A stretch of DNA of 64,000 bases, from NCBI GenBank assembly GCA_963749155.1, contig CAVVLO010000002.1, forward strand, positions 32,001-96,000, read 5' to 3'. Position numbers and translations under genes: made by a program. Position 1 is the first letter of the stretch. Every line of letters begins with the position of its first letter. The notes under the pieces are model-generated. The model was given only the letters and a program-made list of their open reading frames with translations. It made no database searches and was not told the DNA's origin. Positions 19,244 through 31,514 of the stretch are shown in pieces. The DNA is from an uncultured Armatimonadia bacterium (GTDB lineage Bacteria > Armatimonadota > Zipacnadia > CAVVLO01).

Positions 19244-20369
19244 GCGCCGGACTTTACGTCCACTTCCCCTTTTGTCGGCGCAAGTGCCCCTATTGCTCCT
19301 TCTACTCGGTAGAATCGCCAAACCTTGGAGCGAGCGAAGCCTGGGCCTGGGCCCTCAGTCGCGAAGCCCTGCTCAGGGCGCCTGGATGGGGCAGTTTCGA
19401 CACTTTTTATCTCGGAGGTGGCACGCCTTCACTGCTGTCTCCAGCCCAGCTCGAACTGCTGGTAAGGCAGCTTGCAGGCAGGCTTGACCTTTCGGTTTTA
19501 ACTGAGGCGACCCTTGAGGCTAATCCCGACAGCCTGAGTCAGGAGTTACTGCAAGCAGCCAGAGAGTCAGGTTTCACGAGGATCAGCCTTGGCGTACAGT
19601 CGCTTTCGGATGACCACCTTCGAAGGCTTGGCCGGTTGCATAACGCAGGCAGCGCCAGGCGCGCTGCCAGTATGGTAACCGAAGCAGGCCTCGATTTGAG
19701 CCTGGACCTGATTTTCGGCTTCAAAGGGCTCTCCCTCGGCGAATGGGAGCAGACCCTGGACGAGGCACTCAGGCTCGAGCCAGCGCATATCTCCTGTTAT
19801 GCCTTCAGCCAGGGACCCTCCCCTGCCTCTCCCCATCCAGCCAGCGACAAGGCCCAGGTAGATCAATATGAACTGGCCTGCGAGCGACTGGGTAAAGCAG
19901 GCTTGCTTCCGTACGAGCTCAGCAATTTTTCAAAGCCCGGCAGCGAAAGTCGCCACAACCAGAAATACTGGTCTGGAGAGCCCTATTTGGGACTGGGGCC
20001 GGCAGCCCATTCTTATGATGGAAAAGCCCGCTGGTCGAATTCGGCAAGTCTTGCCAGTTGGCATAAGGCCCTCGGAGAATGGATACTGCCCACAGTCGAA
20101 AGAGAACAACTGACCGGAGCAAGACGCCTGCCGGAGTTGATTTCTCCGGCCTGAGAGCGCGCGAGGGGCTGGATCTGGTCCAGTTAGAAGAAGCTTGTGG
20201 GCTAGCCCTTGGCCAACAGGCAAGCACGGAACTTGCCCTGCTTGCCGCTGAAGGGCTGCTTGTCAGCACCGGCGCAGGCAGACTTGCCTGCACTGCCAAA
20301 GGCCGCCTGTACAGCGATGCGCTTGCTTTAAGGCTGGTTCAGGCAGCTCGAAAGGAGGAAACAACGTGA
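19240..20369 (+). CDS. hemW: Radical SAM heme chaperone HemW (frameshift near 20141)
   Basis: [40 protein letters not shown]-terminus [10 protein letters not shown] in another frame; follows lepA. Confidence 0.88.
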
Positions 20370-21511
20370 TAAAAGGCCTGACACTCAGCCGGATTTCACT
20401 CGATGCCTTCAATAAAGACAGGCTTTGGAGCTTCCTCCTGGGAGGCAGTCTGATCGCCCTGGCCCAACTCTGGGGCTGGCTGGTGAGACTTGCTCCGAAT
20501 AGTGTCGCTCACTGGATTTTTGAGTCTATCGGAGCGACCCTCTTCCTCACCGGACTGGTCTGGTTACTCGCCCTCAGAGCCCGTCTGACCTGGCAGCGTT
20601 TGGGAGTCAGTTTGCTCATCTGCCTGTTTGTTGGCCTGGCTTACAGCGCTTTCTCGATGGTGGTCGATCCCCTGACTATCAAGCGAGCCCCTATTGACAC
20701 GCTGGATCCTGAGGTCAGAGTACATCGAATATTATTTTGGGTTATATCAGGCGCAATGGCCTTGCTGCTGATTGTGCTGGGCAGCTATCAGGTGGCAAAA
20801 AGCGACCTGATCTCGCCTTTCCGCAACAAGCTGATAGCAGCTCTGGGGCTGAACGTGATGGCCGCGAGTTATGTAACTGGTGAATATGTGGGCCTTATCA
20901 CTCCAAGTCGGGCGTTTTATCTGCGAGAGACCTGGTTGCTGGCAATGGATGTTTGGGTCTTGCCCCTGCTGGCTGGAGCGATGCTGCTTGGCTCTACTTT
21001 CGGCACGAAATACGACACGCGCCAACTGCTGCGCAGTCTGATTGGCTGGATATGGCTGCCCATACTGGCCTTCCTGGCGCCCAGAATTCACCTCTATCAG
21101 CCCTTCTGGTTCCTATTGTCAGCCTTGATTGCGATGGAACTTATCCGTAATGGCCAGCCACTGCCTGGGCATGGTTCGACCAAGCGCCTCGGCGGGGCAG
21201 GTGGCGTAGCGATAGGAATTGCTCTGCTTGCGCAGGGCTCAAGCCAGGTACCTGTGCCTCAGCTTGGCATATTGTTGTTGTTATCAGGCCTTACTCTGCT
21301 GTTATTTGCACGGACCAGTGACGAATTTCACGGGCGCAAAGGAGTCGCCCTTCATCCGCTTGGCAAGCAGAAGGGCGGACTTGTGATTGTGGCAGGTAGA
21401 GAACTGGAAGTTGCAACCGCCAAAGACAGGTTCGACCCAGGAGACGGGCTGGCTGTGGGCGCCTTGCCAGAAGGCGATTTTGTAGCAATACCTTTGGACT
21501 TCAAAGGCTAG
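20366..21511 (+). CDS. Polytopic membrane protein with possible NfeD-like C-terminal OB domain
   Basis: About 9-10 TM helices; C-terminus KGVALHPL..GLVIVAGRELEV....FDPGDGLAV. Confidence 0.55.
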   Translation: MIKGLTLSRISLDAFNKDRLWSFLLGGSLIALAQLWGWLVRLAPNSVAHWIFESIGATLFLTGLVWLLALRARLTWQRLGVSLLICLFVGLAYSAFSMVVDPLTIKRAPIDTLDPEVRVHRILFWVISGAMALLLIVLGSYQVAKSDLISPFRNKLIAALGLNVMAASYVTGEYVGLITPSRAFYLRETWLLAMDVWVLPLLAGAMLLGSTFGTKYDTRQLLRSLIGWIWLPILAFLAPRIHLYQPFWFLLSALIAMELIRNGQPLPGHGSTKRLGGAGGVAIGIALLAQGSSQVPVPQLGILLLLSGLTLLLFARTSDEFHGRKGVALHPLGKQKGGLVIVAGRELEVATAKDRFDPGDGLAVGALPEGDFVAIPLDFKG

Positions 21512-23435
21512 CTGTCACCAAGCTCAGGCACTAGCTCTCGGACTTCTCCCTCGAGCGCCTGCAACACGCGTCTTCCGGCATCGGGGATGCCGTGCAAGCC
21601 CCAAAGCCCTTTTTGGGGAAGGGGCGCCTGGGTCATCAGATGGGTGGCCTGACTATGCTGTCGCACCGCGTCCTGAAGCTCTGCAAGCGCCCTGGTCCTG
21701 AGCGTCCCCTGAGCCTCGGGGTCTTCTTCCAGCTTCAGTTCTGCCTTCATCACCAGCGCTTTGGTATGGTGATATACCCCATGCAGGAGTAACTCCGTGA
21801 ACTTTACCGCGTTCAGTTCTGCCGCTAGTCGCAGGCTCCCGCGCTTGGGGGACCTGGCGCTAAAGACAGCAGCAAGCTCAAGAGCCTCTTGTAACAATTG
21901 GCGAGATTCGCGTAACTCCGCTAAGCAGTTGCTGGCCTTCCTCAAGTGAAGTGAAGCGCGGCACTTTTATGTCGTGATGCCTGGCAACCCCGGCCATCGC
22001 TCGCTCCAGCCCAAAGTAGAACGCTTCGAGTTGCTCGGAAGGTTCGCCGTAGAGTCCAAGGACATAGTCTTTAACCAGCTCTTCTGGCGCCGAGGAGACC
22101 TTCCAGAGGCAGCGCGAGAAAGCATAAAGATTGAGCCCGTAAGCGATACTCGAGTATTCGCCAAAGATAAGGCAGTACAATCCTGTGATCGCCATCCTGC
22201 GGTACACTTCCGCATCCTCAACTATAACGCTGGTAAGAGGAATCGCCTGGCTGCCAAACAGGATAGCGTCTCCATAATATTCGAGCAGGCAGGCGCGTCC
22301 TTCAAAAGAGGGCAGCAAGCCTTCCAGCGCCTGGACATAGCCCTGATTCGGTTCTCCACACTCGCCAGCCAGACTCTCGCCATAGCTGCGTTCTCGCGGC
22401 GCATATGCCAGCAAGGTCCTGGACGAGGGAACCGAGCTAAAATCAGGTTTCAACGTGTCATGATAGGCCAGATAATCTACGGCAAGGGCTAGCTGTTGAT
22501 TATCCAGTTCCTGGGCTACTGCGTTCACGACACGCAGATATTGCTCCGAGGGGGATAGAGAAGAACAATCTGGGCAGAAGCACCAGCTCCCCCCCATAAC
22601 GTCTTCGCCCCAGAGATGCAAAACATTGGCCAGTGGAAACTGTTTTACGTGCTCGCAAGCAGCCTTGGCTACTAGCTGAAGAGCCTCGGGGGAGGAAACA
22701 CAAAGGTTGCCAGTGGGGGTGCGGTTGCCCTGCTTGTCGGCGCGAAAATACTCGGGATGCTGCTCGAACAATTCGCGAGGCAGCAAAGTTGGGATGATAT
22801 GCCCGCCCACCTCGTGGGCGATGCCTCGACTGCGCATATCGCCAGCCAGCTCACAACAGACTTCTGGCGTCCTGGCAGACAGAAACTGATTGAGACCGCG
22901 TTTGCCCATCCAGTCGAGCCAGGCGCGCTCGGAGTCGAGATGACGTTTACGCTCGGCCGGTCGGTCGAAATGGACATGATGGGTGTCTTCCCACAGTCCT
23001 CGCAGTAGAAATTCGGGATTTTCTTCCGTCTCGCCGATTGGCAGATGAAAGCTCCGGCGTATCCGGCACAAACTCGCCTTCTGGCCCAGGCAGGATGAAC
23101 CGACAGCCTGCCAGCTCCAACAGGCGATAAGCGGCCCGGAGCACGCCTTGCCTGCCTCCGCCTCCAACCATTATCCGGTTCGCCATCACGGTTACCGTGT
23201 TGCGGTCTGGAGCCAGCTGCCAGCCTGGTTCTGGTTCGCCATCGCCTACCACTAAAACTGGCCCGCGATAATCTTCTCCGACCAGTGGCAAAGGCGCGCC
23301 GGTCATCTGCTTCAGATAGCGCTGCAGTTCGCTTGCCGCGAAGTGCGCAACTTCACTTGAGCCTTCTGGCACGAGCAGGCTGAAGCGGCTTTTGCCTCCA
23401 CTGGCAACAAGACACTGGTCCGAGGCCACCCTCAA
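21508..23435 (-). CDS. DUF4838-type glycoside hydrolase-like protein (frameshifts near 23045 and 21943)
   Basis: FAASELQRYLKQMTGA.LP N-terminal domain, AAYRLLE.AGCRF..PG, LFEQHPEYF, NLCVSSP, CFCPDC, YLAYH.T, LEYY. Confidence 0.7.
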
Positions 23436-24448
23436 TCCTCCATCACGATAAGCGATTTGACCGAATCAGGTTCTTTGAGGGAGAAGAGCGCCTGAGGCCC
23501 TTCATCCAGCGAGAAGCGCTTCTTGATTAGAGGCGCAACCTGGACGCGCCCGGAGGCGATAAGGCGCAAGGAACGACTATTGGTGAAGGGATTTGTGAAG
23601 GAACCCCGGATTGTCAGCTCTCTCAGATAGACATCATACGGGCTGAGGGGGATGGTGGCCTTGGGATCTCCGACGCCGAAGAACAGCACCAAACCCCGGT
23701 TGCGCACGAGTTCCAGCGCCTGAGCTGCAGTCTGAGTGCGACCGACTGCCTCAATGATGACTTCAGCCCCCTGAGGCGCATGCGAATAGACCACCTGCTT
23801 CAAGTCCTCAGTGGTTGGATCTACAACGATGTCCACCCCCAGCTGGAGGGCCAGCGCGCGCTTCTCGGGCAGCGGATCGCTGACGATGACAGTCGAAGCG
23901 CCGGCGCTACGAGCAAGCTGCGCCAGGATAAGCCCTATTGTGCCTCCCCCCAGGATAACTACCCTCTGGCCTGGCTGTATCTCGGCCTGGTCAATGCCAT
24001 GCACACAGCAAGCCACCGGCTCGGCGAAAGCCGCTTCAGCATAAGACAGCCCCTCAGGCACTGGCACCAGTTGATTCTCCGGTACGGCGCAGTATTCGGC
24101 ATGGCCCCCATCGCGAGTAACCCCGATAGAGATACGGTTGAGGCAGTGTTGCTTTATGTGTTCCCAGCAAAACTCGCATTGATTACACTGGATATTGGGA
24201 TCTACTGCTACCCGTTGGCCAACTCTCCAGTTTGTCACCGCCTGGCCAATCTCGACAATCTCACCGGCAAACTCGTGGCCAGGTATCACGGGGAACGAAC
24301 CCCAGAATTCGCCTTCATACATATGCATATCGGTGCCACAGATACCCGAAGCGTGAACCTTTACCAGCACTTCATTGGGTAACAGCCTGGGGTCGGGCGC
24401 CTCGGTCACAATCGCAGAACGCGCCTGGGGAAATACCATCGCTTTCAT
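23432..24448 (-). CDS. Zn-dependent alcohol/polyol dehydrogenase (MDR family)
   Basis: GICGTD, GHEFAG, CNQCEFC..C, GGGTIG. Confidence 0.93.
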   Translation of the reverse strand: MKAMVFPQARSAIVTEAPDPRLLPNEVLVKVHASGICGTDMHMYEGEFWGSFPVIPGHEFAGEIVEIGQAVTNWRVGQRVAVDPNIQCNQCEFCWEHIKQHCLNRISIGVTRDGGHAEYCAVPENQLVPVPEGLSYAEAAFAEPVACCVHGIDQAEIQPGQRVVILGGGTIGLILAQLARSAGASTVIVSDPLPEKRALALQLGVDIVVDPTTEDLKQVVYSHAPQGAEVIIEAVGRTQTAAQALELVRNRGLVLFFGVGDPKATIPLSPYDVYLRELTIRGSFTNPFTNSRSLRLIASGRVQVAPLIKKRFSLDEGPQALFSLKEPDSVKSLIVMED

Positions 24449-24594
24449 TATTGCATCACTCCCTGAAAGGACAGGCCGACCCTTGCTGAGCCTGGGCTGG
24501 TTTCTTCTGCTCTGGAGCCGAGTCCTCCTGCCAGGGCAGGGCTTTACTCTCTCGGCGCGAAAAGTCTTCTATCCACGGGGGGGAGGCAAGCCTT

Positions 24595-27500
24595 ATGAGC
24601 AATTTCCTGACATCAGGCCAGGCCTTGGTAGTAAGTATTGCCCTGGTCTTATTTCTAACTACCATCTCCAATGCCCAGACAGACGCCGAGTGACGAGTGG
24701 CTGGCTGGCAATGTTGCCCTCGGTGCGCTATACACTTACAGCTTCGATCCGCCTCCCGCCAACGACGTGGCGCTAAACAGACTGACCGACGGGGTGCCAC
24801 GCACTCCATATGCGGCCAATCTTCCTGCGGGCCAGTCAGTCACCCTTGACCTGGGCAGACCTCTGGACAGGCTGCAACCGGGTTGCCCTGCACTCCTGGG
24901 CGGATGCCGAACACGGTGTGGCTGCCAGTGGGTTTCTCCTTGAGGCAAGTTTGGACGGCGCGGTCTTCGTGGAGGTAGGCAGACTGCCCAAAGCAACAGC
25001 TCTTGGGTGGACTCTTGCCGAGGCTGACCTGCCCGCCGTTTACTGCCCGGTATGTGCGCATCACGGCCTTGCAATATGAATCGGCAAGCCAGTCCACGGT
25101 AGACGAGATCCAGGTCTTCAGGGCCAGGCCCCCGGTTAGTGGCCCCAGGCCAGAGCGAGTAGCAATCTTTAAGGATGCCTCCTTGAAAGCTGGGCCTGGC
25201 GCTTCCAGTCCAGACTTCCTCGCCAGCCTGCTCGAGGAGGCCGGACTCGAACCTGTCTTGCTAGGTGCTGCGGAGCTTGCAAGTCCGGCCTCGCTAAATC
25301 CGGCTTCTTGTCCTGTGCTGGTATTGCCTTATGGAGAGTACTTCCCTGTCACGGCGGTAGAAAATCTGCGCCGCTATCTGATGAATGGGGGCAGCTTCTT
25401 CTCGACTGGAGGTTACGCCTTCAACGAGTCCTATGTGCCAGAGGGGCAGAAGAACGAGCTGACAGCTACGAACTGGGATCTGGAGCAGGGACAAGCTGGC
25501 AGCGAACCTGAAGGCTGGCATATTGCTGGCATCTCCGCACTTGACACTGAGGTCTTCCACACTGGCCAGCAATCGCTGCGGGTCGAGAATCCAACCGAGC
25601 CGATGGGAGGCTCGCAGGCCGCGCTGGAATTGCCAGGCCTTGAGCGAGGCAAGCAGCAAAGCTTCAGGATGAAACTCTGGACAAAAACCGAAGCCATCCA
25701 GGGGCAGGGATTTGCCTATATCGCCGTCTACCAGCTGGATCAACAGGACAATATCGTCGCCTGGCGTGATTATGTGACACTAAGAGGCGGAGATCAGTGG
25801 AGTGGTGTCGCGCCTGAGGCAAGAGACAAGGACTGGCGCGAGTTTAGCTTCGTAGTGGACAAGGCGCCTGCTGCAGAACGCGCGGAGCTCCGGGTGGGCC
25901 TCTACCAGGCCAAAGGCAAGCTCTGGGTGGACGACATCAGCCTGGAGCCTTTCTATCAGATAAACACAGCAGATGGCCGGGTGCAGGATGGGCTGCATTT
26001 TAGCGATCTGCAGATCGGTGTTTTCGATCCTGCCTTCGCCTTGAAGCGCGTAACTGAAGCCCGAGCGCTGCCTGGCCAAAACTTGCTGCCGCCGGATTTC
26101 AGACTGGAAGGGCCTCTGGAAGGATTCGCGGCGGTGGGATACACGGGGGGTGATGGTCCGGCTGGAATCAGGGCGCGCTGGATTCCGCTGGTTGAAACTT
26201 ATGACAGATATGGCCGAGTGCGAGGTCCGCTGATCTCAATGATGCATATGTACGCTGGGCTTTACAAGGATTCGACCTGGGCCTTCTCGGGAGTGACGAA
26301 CCAGGACCTTTTCACCGCCCAGCAACCAGAGCTTTGCGAGGCTTTCGTCAGTGTTGTGCGCCATATGCTGAGGGGCCTGTTCCTCAGCCGGGTTTTGCCT
26401 GAGCCTGCCTGCGTGCGTCAGGGCCAGGAAGCAAGCTTCAAGGTGCTTGTCACCAACTCATCCTGGGATGAACACGCAGTCGATGTGGAGCTGGAACTGG
26501 CAAACTCGGCCGGAAAGAGAATAGAGCTTCAAAATCAATCAGTTACGCTAGCCCCTCAGTCGGAACAGGAGCTGACTTTCAACTGGGCACCCGAGCGTTA
26601 TGAGGAAGATTTTTACATCGCCGAGGTGCGATTGTTGTCAGGAAGCCAATCCCTCGACCAGGCATCAAGCGGGTTAACTGTATGGGATCCAGCAACACTT
26701 GCCAAAGGGCTCAAGCTGGATTATCAGGACAACTATTTCGAGATCGAAGGCCGGCCCCAGTTCCTTGAAGGCTGCAAGACCGCGAGCTTCTACCTCGACG
26801 AGATACCCCAAGAGAATCCTGGCTATTGGGAATATATGTTTTCGAAGATGAGCGACAATGGCCTCAACCTTTATGGAGTGGTAGGCACAGATCGCACCTA
26901 CGACAACTTCCGAGATCCGGCTCCCAAAGCGCTTGGTCGCCTGGATAGTCTTGTTCAGACTATGGTCAAACACGGAGTAACGCCGGTCTTCCACCTGGGT
27001 TACGGCCCAACGACGACCGGCGACTGGAAGGCAAATGCCGAATATGACCGGAAACTGGCTGAACGTTATAGTGAAGTCCCCACTTTGCTTGCGCACTTGT
27101 CAGGCGACATACCCCTTGAGGTAGCAGACAACGAGGTTATGAACGAAGCTTTCAGGGCCTTCCTCAAAGCGAGCTATGCCACTGATGAGGCGCTCCAGCA
27201 GGCCTGGGACTCGGCAGAGGCAACCTTGGCAACCGCTTCACTGGAAGGTTACACCTACAACACCTGGCCCTGGAACAAGGCCTGGGACGATGTAAAAGCC
27301 CGCGACGTGCTGCTCTTTGCGATGGGCTGGTGCCGCGCCTGGCACGAGGAGATGGCTGCCGGAGCGCGAGAAGGCAACCCTGACAAGAATTTGTTGCTGA
27401 CCTCCGAATTCTGGTTCCAGCAGATACTGGACCAGCGCAACTGCGGAGATATGCTGGATTTCTCGGTCACCAATGTTGGACTTGGTGACAGAGAGACAGT

Positions 27501-29010
27501 GTTCGCCTATTCGCCTGCTTACCTGGCCTTCAGCGATCTGCGCAATGAAGGCAAGAGCTTCACCATCGGCGAGTTCGGCGCCCAGGTGCATCCGGCCTTC
27601 GAGGGGCGCGGTTATAGCTGGGAGACGGAGACAGGGGCAAGCCAGCGCTATCATCTCATCGCCCACCATATGTTCGTGATGGGGGGGTCGATGATAAACG
27701 ACTGGGACTGGCAGGACCTGGACTACTATACCTTCCCCTGGGGTGTGGTCCACGAAGGCGATCTGGCCGACAAAGACCTGCTTTACACGTATCGCAACCT
27801 GGGCGTCCTGTATCGCTATTTCCAGCCCGCCTGGCAGCCTCCAAAAGTCTGGTGTCTGCTTGAAGACGATCACCGGTATGGAGGGCAGTACTTCAAGGTC
27901 ACGCAGCATCTGATGGACGCGTTGGACCTGCTCTCGCGCTCGCACGTGGATTTCGCCGTGGCCAATAGCTGGAAACTGGATACTGTGCCCAAAGACGCCG
28001 AAGTGTTGTTCTGGCCCATACCGTATTCGCCTTCGGATGAGACGGTTGCCAGGCTCAAAGAGCGAGTCGAGGCAGGGGCTACGCTTATCGTAACTGGCGA
28101 TCTGAGTTTTGGTCCAGAGAAGCGGCGCACCCGCCAGTCGCGGCTGGAAGAACTGTGCGGGGTGCGTTTCGAGGCAGAAGCCTGGCCTGCGCTGCAGTAC
28201 CCGCGCGATGCGGAGCAGCAGATTACGGCAAGTGACGGCTTTACCTGGCAAGGCGCCCCAGCGATCCGCATAAGCCTGGCAGGAGCGAAGGCGCTCGCTA
28301 GCGATGAAGAAGGCCGGCCTGTTGTCACCGAGTTCGCTCTCGGGCAGGGCAAGGTGCTCTTCTCGGCCGATCCCCTCTGCCTGCATTCCACTGCCAAAGA
28401 AAAAACCCGGCAAGCTGAAGGGGCAAAGGTCTATTCCTGGTTGCTGAGGCAAGCTGGCGCACCTCGGTTGGCCTTAAGCCCTGACGACCCCGATGTGCGC
28501 GTTAGCACTCTGCCGACAAAGGACGGCACCGAGGTCGTGGGCCTCTATAACGCCTCGGACGACCGCACCATCACCGTGAGGGTTGACGCTTTCGGCCACC
28601 AGGCCAGCCTTACGCTGCCGCCGCTCTTCCCCGCTCTGATAGCCTACAAAGAAGGAAAACTTGTAGCGCTTGAAGCTCATGGCGAGGTTACGGTGGACGG
28701 AGTCCAGGTGAAGCAGGGCGAAGCTTTCGCTGGATTGCTCTCGCTGGATGGGAAAGCGCTTTCGGCCAGCCAGGCCGTGTTGGTGTTGCCCTTCTCCTCG
28801 GGGCACCTGCAAATGGCTGGCAGTTGTTCTGGCTGGATTGCCGGGGAGCTACAGGCAGGCAAATTCGCCGAATATGACAGGGGAAGTCTGGGTTCGTCAC
28901 TCTTGCTGGACGAGAATCTGGCTACCTGCCTGGTAATATTGGCAAACCCCGAGACTGAAGCCCAGGCCAAACAGGCTGTGGAAGCTCTTTTCCCAAGGGT
29001 ATCAAAGTGA
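24595..29010 (+). CDS. Large secreted multidomain glycoside hydrolase: discoidin-like, GATase-like, CBM-like, Ig-like, GH42/GH-A-like barrel, trimerisation-like domain (about 3 N-terminal frameshifts)
   Basis: GGAGG RBS and signal peptide at 24595; NVALG..Y..LTDG..V.LDLG..ARYVRI..DEIQVF discoidin pieces across frames; FRAFLK..Y....LQQAW, FTIGEFG, PWGVV. Confidence 0.65.
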
Positions 29011-29029
29011 CACAAAAGGAGAGTATCGC

Positions 29030-29863
29030 TTGAGAGCTTTCTCGATGCCGCTTGGGCTTGCCAGTTATAGCCTGCATTGTCATCTGGGACGTCACCCAGA
29101 CTCAGCCTGGGCCTCGCCTTATGACGCCTTCTGGGTACTGGAACAAGCCAGCCAGCTTGACCTGCACGGTGTCCAGTTCAGCCCGAAGCATTTCGAGCTG
29201 GATTTCCACCTCCTGGAACGTCTGGGGCAACGAGCACGAGAACTTGGGCTCTATCTGGAGCTAGGGGCTAACGGTATCGAACCGCGCAGGCTGACCAAAT
29301 TGCTCGAAGGTGCTTCAGTCGCTGGTGCTCAGGTGGTGAGAGTGACTCTTGACGTCGACCTGAGCGCGCCCTTGCCTCCCCAACTGGAGACCGCCCTTGA
29401 AATTTTGCGCCAGGTCAGCCGTTCAGCCTGTCAGTATGGGGTATTTCTGGCGATTGAGAACCACCAGGACTTGACCAGTGAGGAACTGTTAAGGCTGCTG
29501 GAGCAGGTAGACAGCCCCTATGTTGGCGTTTGCCTGGACTTCGGCAACAACCTGGAACTGGGCGAAGCGCCGGAAGATACCGTACTGCAGCTTGCCCCCC
29601 ATACGGTTAGCGTGCACCTTAAGGACTGCCAGCTTCCCCCTGGGCGTGATCCTGAACGCGCTGGCCGGCTGGCGCTTGGAGAAGGCGACCTGCCCCTGCG
29701 GAAGCTAATCGAGTTGCTGGTCGAGAATTCCGAGGTGGACAGGTTGTTAATCGAGACACCTTTCACGCCCTATGAGGGCGACCTGGAGCGCAGCCTGAGG
29801 GAGGAGCAGGCGCAACTTGCGCGCAGTGTAGAATACTCTCGCAAGCATCTGCATCTTGGCTAG
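29030..29863 (+). CDS. Sugar phosphate isomerase/epimerase (xylose isomerase-like TIM barrel)
   Basis: LAIENHQD, CLDFGN, VHLKD, LGEG, LIE metal-ligand motifs. Confidence 0.85.
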   Translation: MRAFSMPLGLASYSLHCHLGRHPDSAWASPYDAFWVLEQASQLDLHGVQFSPKHFELDFHLLERLGQRARELGLYLELGANGIEPRRLTKLLEGASVAGAQVVRVTLDVDLSAPLPPQLETALEILRQVSRSACQYGVFLAIENHQDLTSEELLRLLEQVDSPYVGVCLDFGNNLELGEAPEDTVLQLAPHTVSVHLKDCQLPPGRDPERAGRLALGEGDLPLRKLIELLVENSEVDRLLIETPFTPYEGDLERSLREEQAQLARSVEYSRKHLHLG

Positions 29864-29866
29864 AAC

Positions 29867-30762
29867 CTATTTCGGCTTGGTACCAGGCGCATGCGAGCCA
29901 TAAAGTGCTTTCGAGTTCATTCGCGCATAGTGGTAGAGATACTGCTGAGCGTATCCCGCGTTAGGTCCAAACTTGTCCCTTGCATAGCCTGCCAGCTTGC
30001 CGTAATTGCTGGTGTCAGGGGCGTCGTAATGCGTAACAAGCAACCGTTTTATCCAGGTGTCCACGGGAAGGCTTCGTATTGCGCCAGGGCAAACAGGCAG
30101 ACGCAGTCAGCGACTTTTTCTCCTACACCAGGCAAAGTGGTCATCAACTGCTGGCTAGCGGGATAAGGCAGTTGCGCGAGCTCGGTCAGGTCTAGCCTGC
30201 CACTGGCTGCGATTTCGGCCACCTGGGCGACAAACTTCGCGCGGAAGCCCATCCTGGTCGTGCGCAGCAGGGGCTCCCCCATTGCCGCCAGTTCGGCTGG
30301 GGTTGGGAAGCAGCAGAAGGGTTGCTGGCCTTTTTCGATAGCCTGGCCCCCGAGGTCGCACATCGAGTCGATGTTAATCATTATCTTGGGTATGTTGCTG
30401 GCCGCCGAAACTATGAAGGAGATCAAGCATTCGAACAAGGGTTGCCTGACCAGGCGCAGCCCCCAAAACTGCTCCTTTGCCGCTTCCAGCAGGGGATCCT
30501 GGGGGAAAGTGCTTGCTATATCGGCAAGAGAAGCCTCCAGGCCGAGATAACGATTAAGTGTTTTCGGGTCGGCCAAGCCAGCCAGAGGCTTTGCAAACAA
30601 CCGCTCTCCCTGCTGAGAGAGCCGATAAAGAGTACTACCGGCAGGGCCAATCCAGGCGCCATCAGGCTCCGGACGCCACCTGAAGGTCTGGCCTGAACCC
30701 AGAGTATGGGCGAGGTTGAAGTCGCGGGCTTCCAGTTCGAAAGTTTTGGTAGACTTGCTCAT
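29867..30762 (-). CDS. ogg: 8-oxoguanine DNA glycosylase (frameshift at GGG run 30065-67)
   Basis: TLGSGQTFRW, ECLISFI.S, FPT, HhH LPGVGEKVADCVCLF; FP(V)DTW and AGYAQQYL in the next frame. Confidence 0.88.
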
Positions 30763-30869
30763 CGTCCGCCTATTATACGGGAAGTACTGTCCCAGAAAAG
30801 GGTCCGGTGGTGACATTAGGGCGAGGCATCGTGTAAACTGCCAGTCTAGTCCCAGGGGAGGGAAAGCAA

Positions 30870-31439
30870 GTGCATCCAAGGAAACCAGAGGTCAAAGTCC
30901 AGGTGCTCAGGCGCTTTGAAGTGTCGCCTGTGCTAAGGCTAGCTATAGGTATCCCGACCTTCGCGGCGCTGACCGCGCTGGCAGCTCATGTGCGTTTACC
31001 CCTGCCCTTCACTCCGGTGCCAGTAACGCTGCAGGTATTTACGGTTCTACTGGCTGGAGGAATGCTTGGCGGTTTTGGTGGCGCAGCTTCGATGGCGCTT
31101 TATCTGGCGCTTGGAGTACTCGGATTGCCTCTCTTCGCCGGCCCTGCAGGGCTTGCCGTGCTGTCCGGCCCAACAGGGGGCTATATACTGGCCTTCCCCG
31201 CTGCGGCCGCGCTGGTTGGTTTACTGACAGAGCGCTATTCCGGTTTCGCCAGAACGAGCCTTGTGACTTTCGCTGGAGTTGGCGTTATCTATCTGGGAGG
31301 CACCCTCTGGATGGGCTGCGTGCTTGGCGTCGGTATTGGGAAAGCCCTTCAGCTTGGGGTCCTTCCGTTCATCGGAGTAGATATTCTGAAGGCGCTTGCC
31401 GCTGCCGGTCTTGGCTGCTGGTACAAGAAATCGACCTGA
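30870..31439 (+). CDS. bioY: Biotin transporter S-component BioY
   Basis: PFTPVPVTLQ, YLALG.LGLPLFA, GPTGGY, PFIGVDILK. Confidence 0.92.
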   Translation: MHPRKPEVKVQVLRRFEVSPVLRLAIGIPTFAALTALAAHVRLPLPFTPVPVTLQVFTVLLAGGMLGGFGGAASMALYLALGVLGLPLFAGPAGLAVLSGPTGGYILAFPAAAALVGLLTERYSGFARTSLVTFAGVGVIYLGGTLWMGCVLGVGIGKALQLGVLPFIGVDILKALAAAGLGCWYKKST

Positions 31440-31514
31440 TTCTTCAACTGGATTGAAACTTTTTGCCACCCAGAAGCTCTTTATACACGTGACACTCTAT
31501 CAAGGTGCAAGTCG

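Noticed and set aside
19240..20369. Programmed ribosomal frameshift in hemW or other split genes
   Set aside because: No slippery heptamer or stimulatory structure seen; the pattern fits sequencing indels
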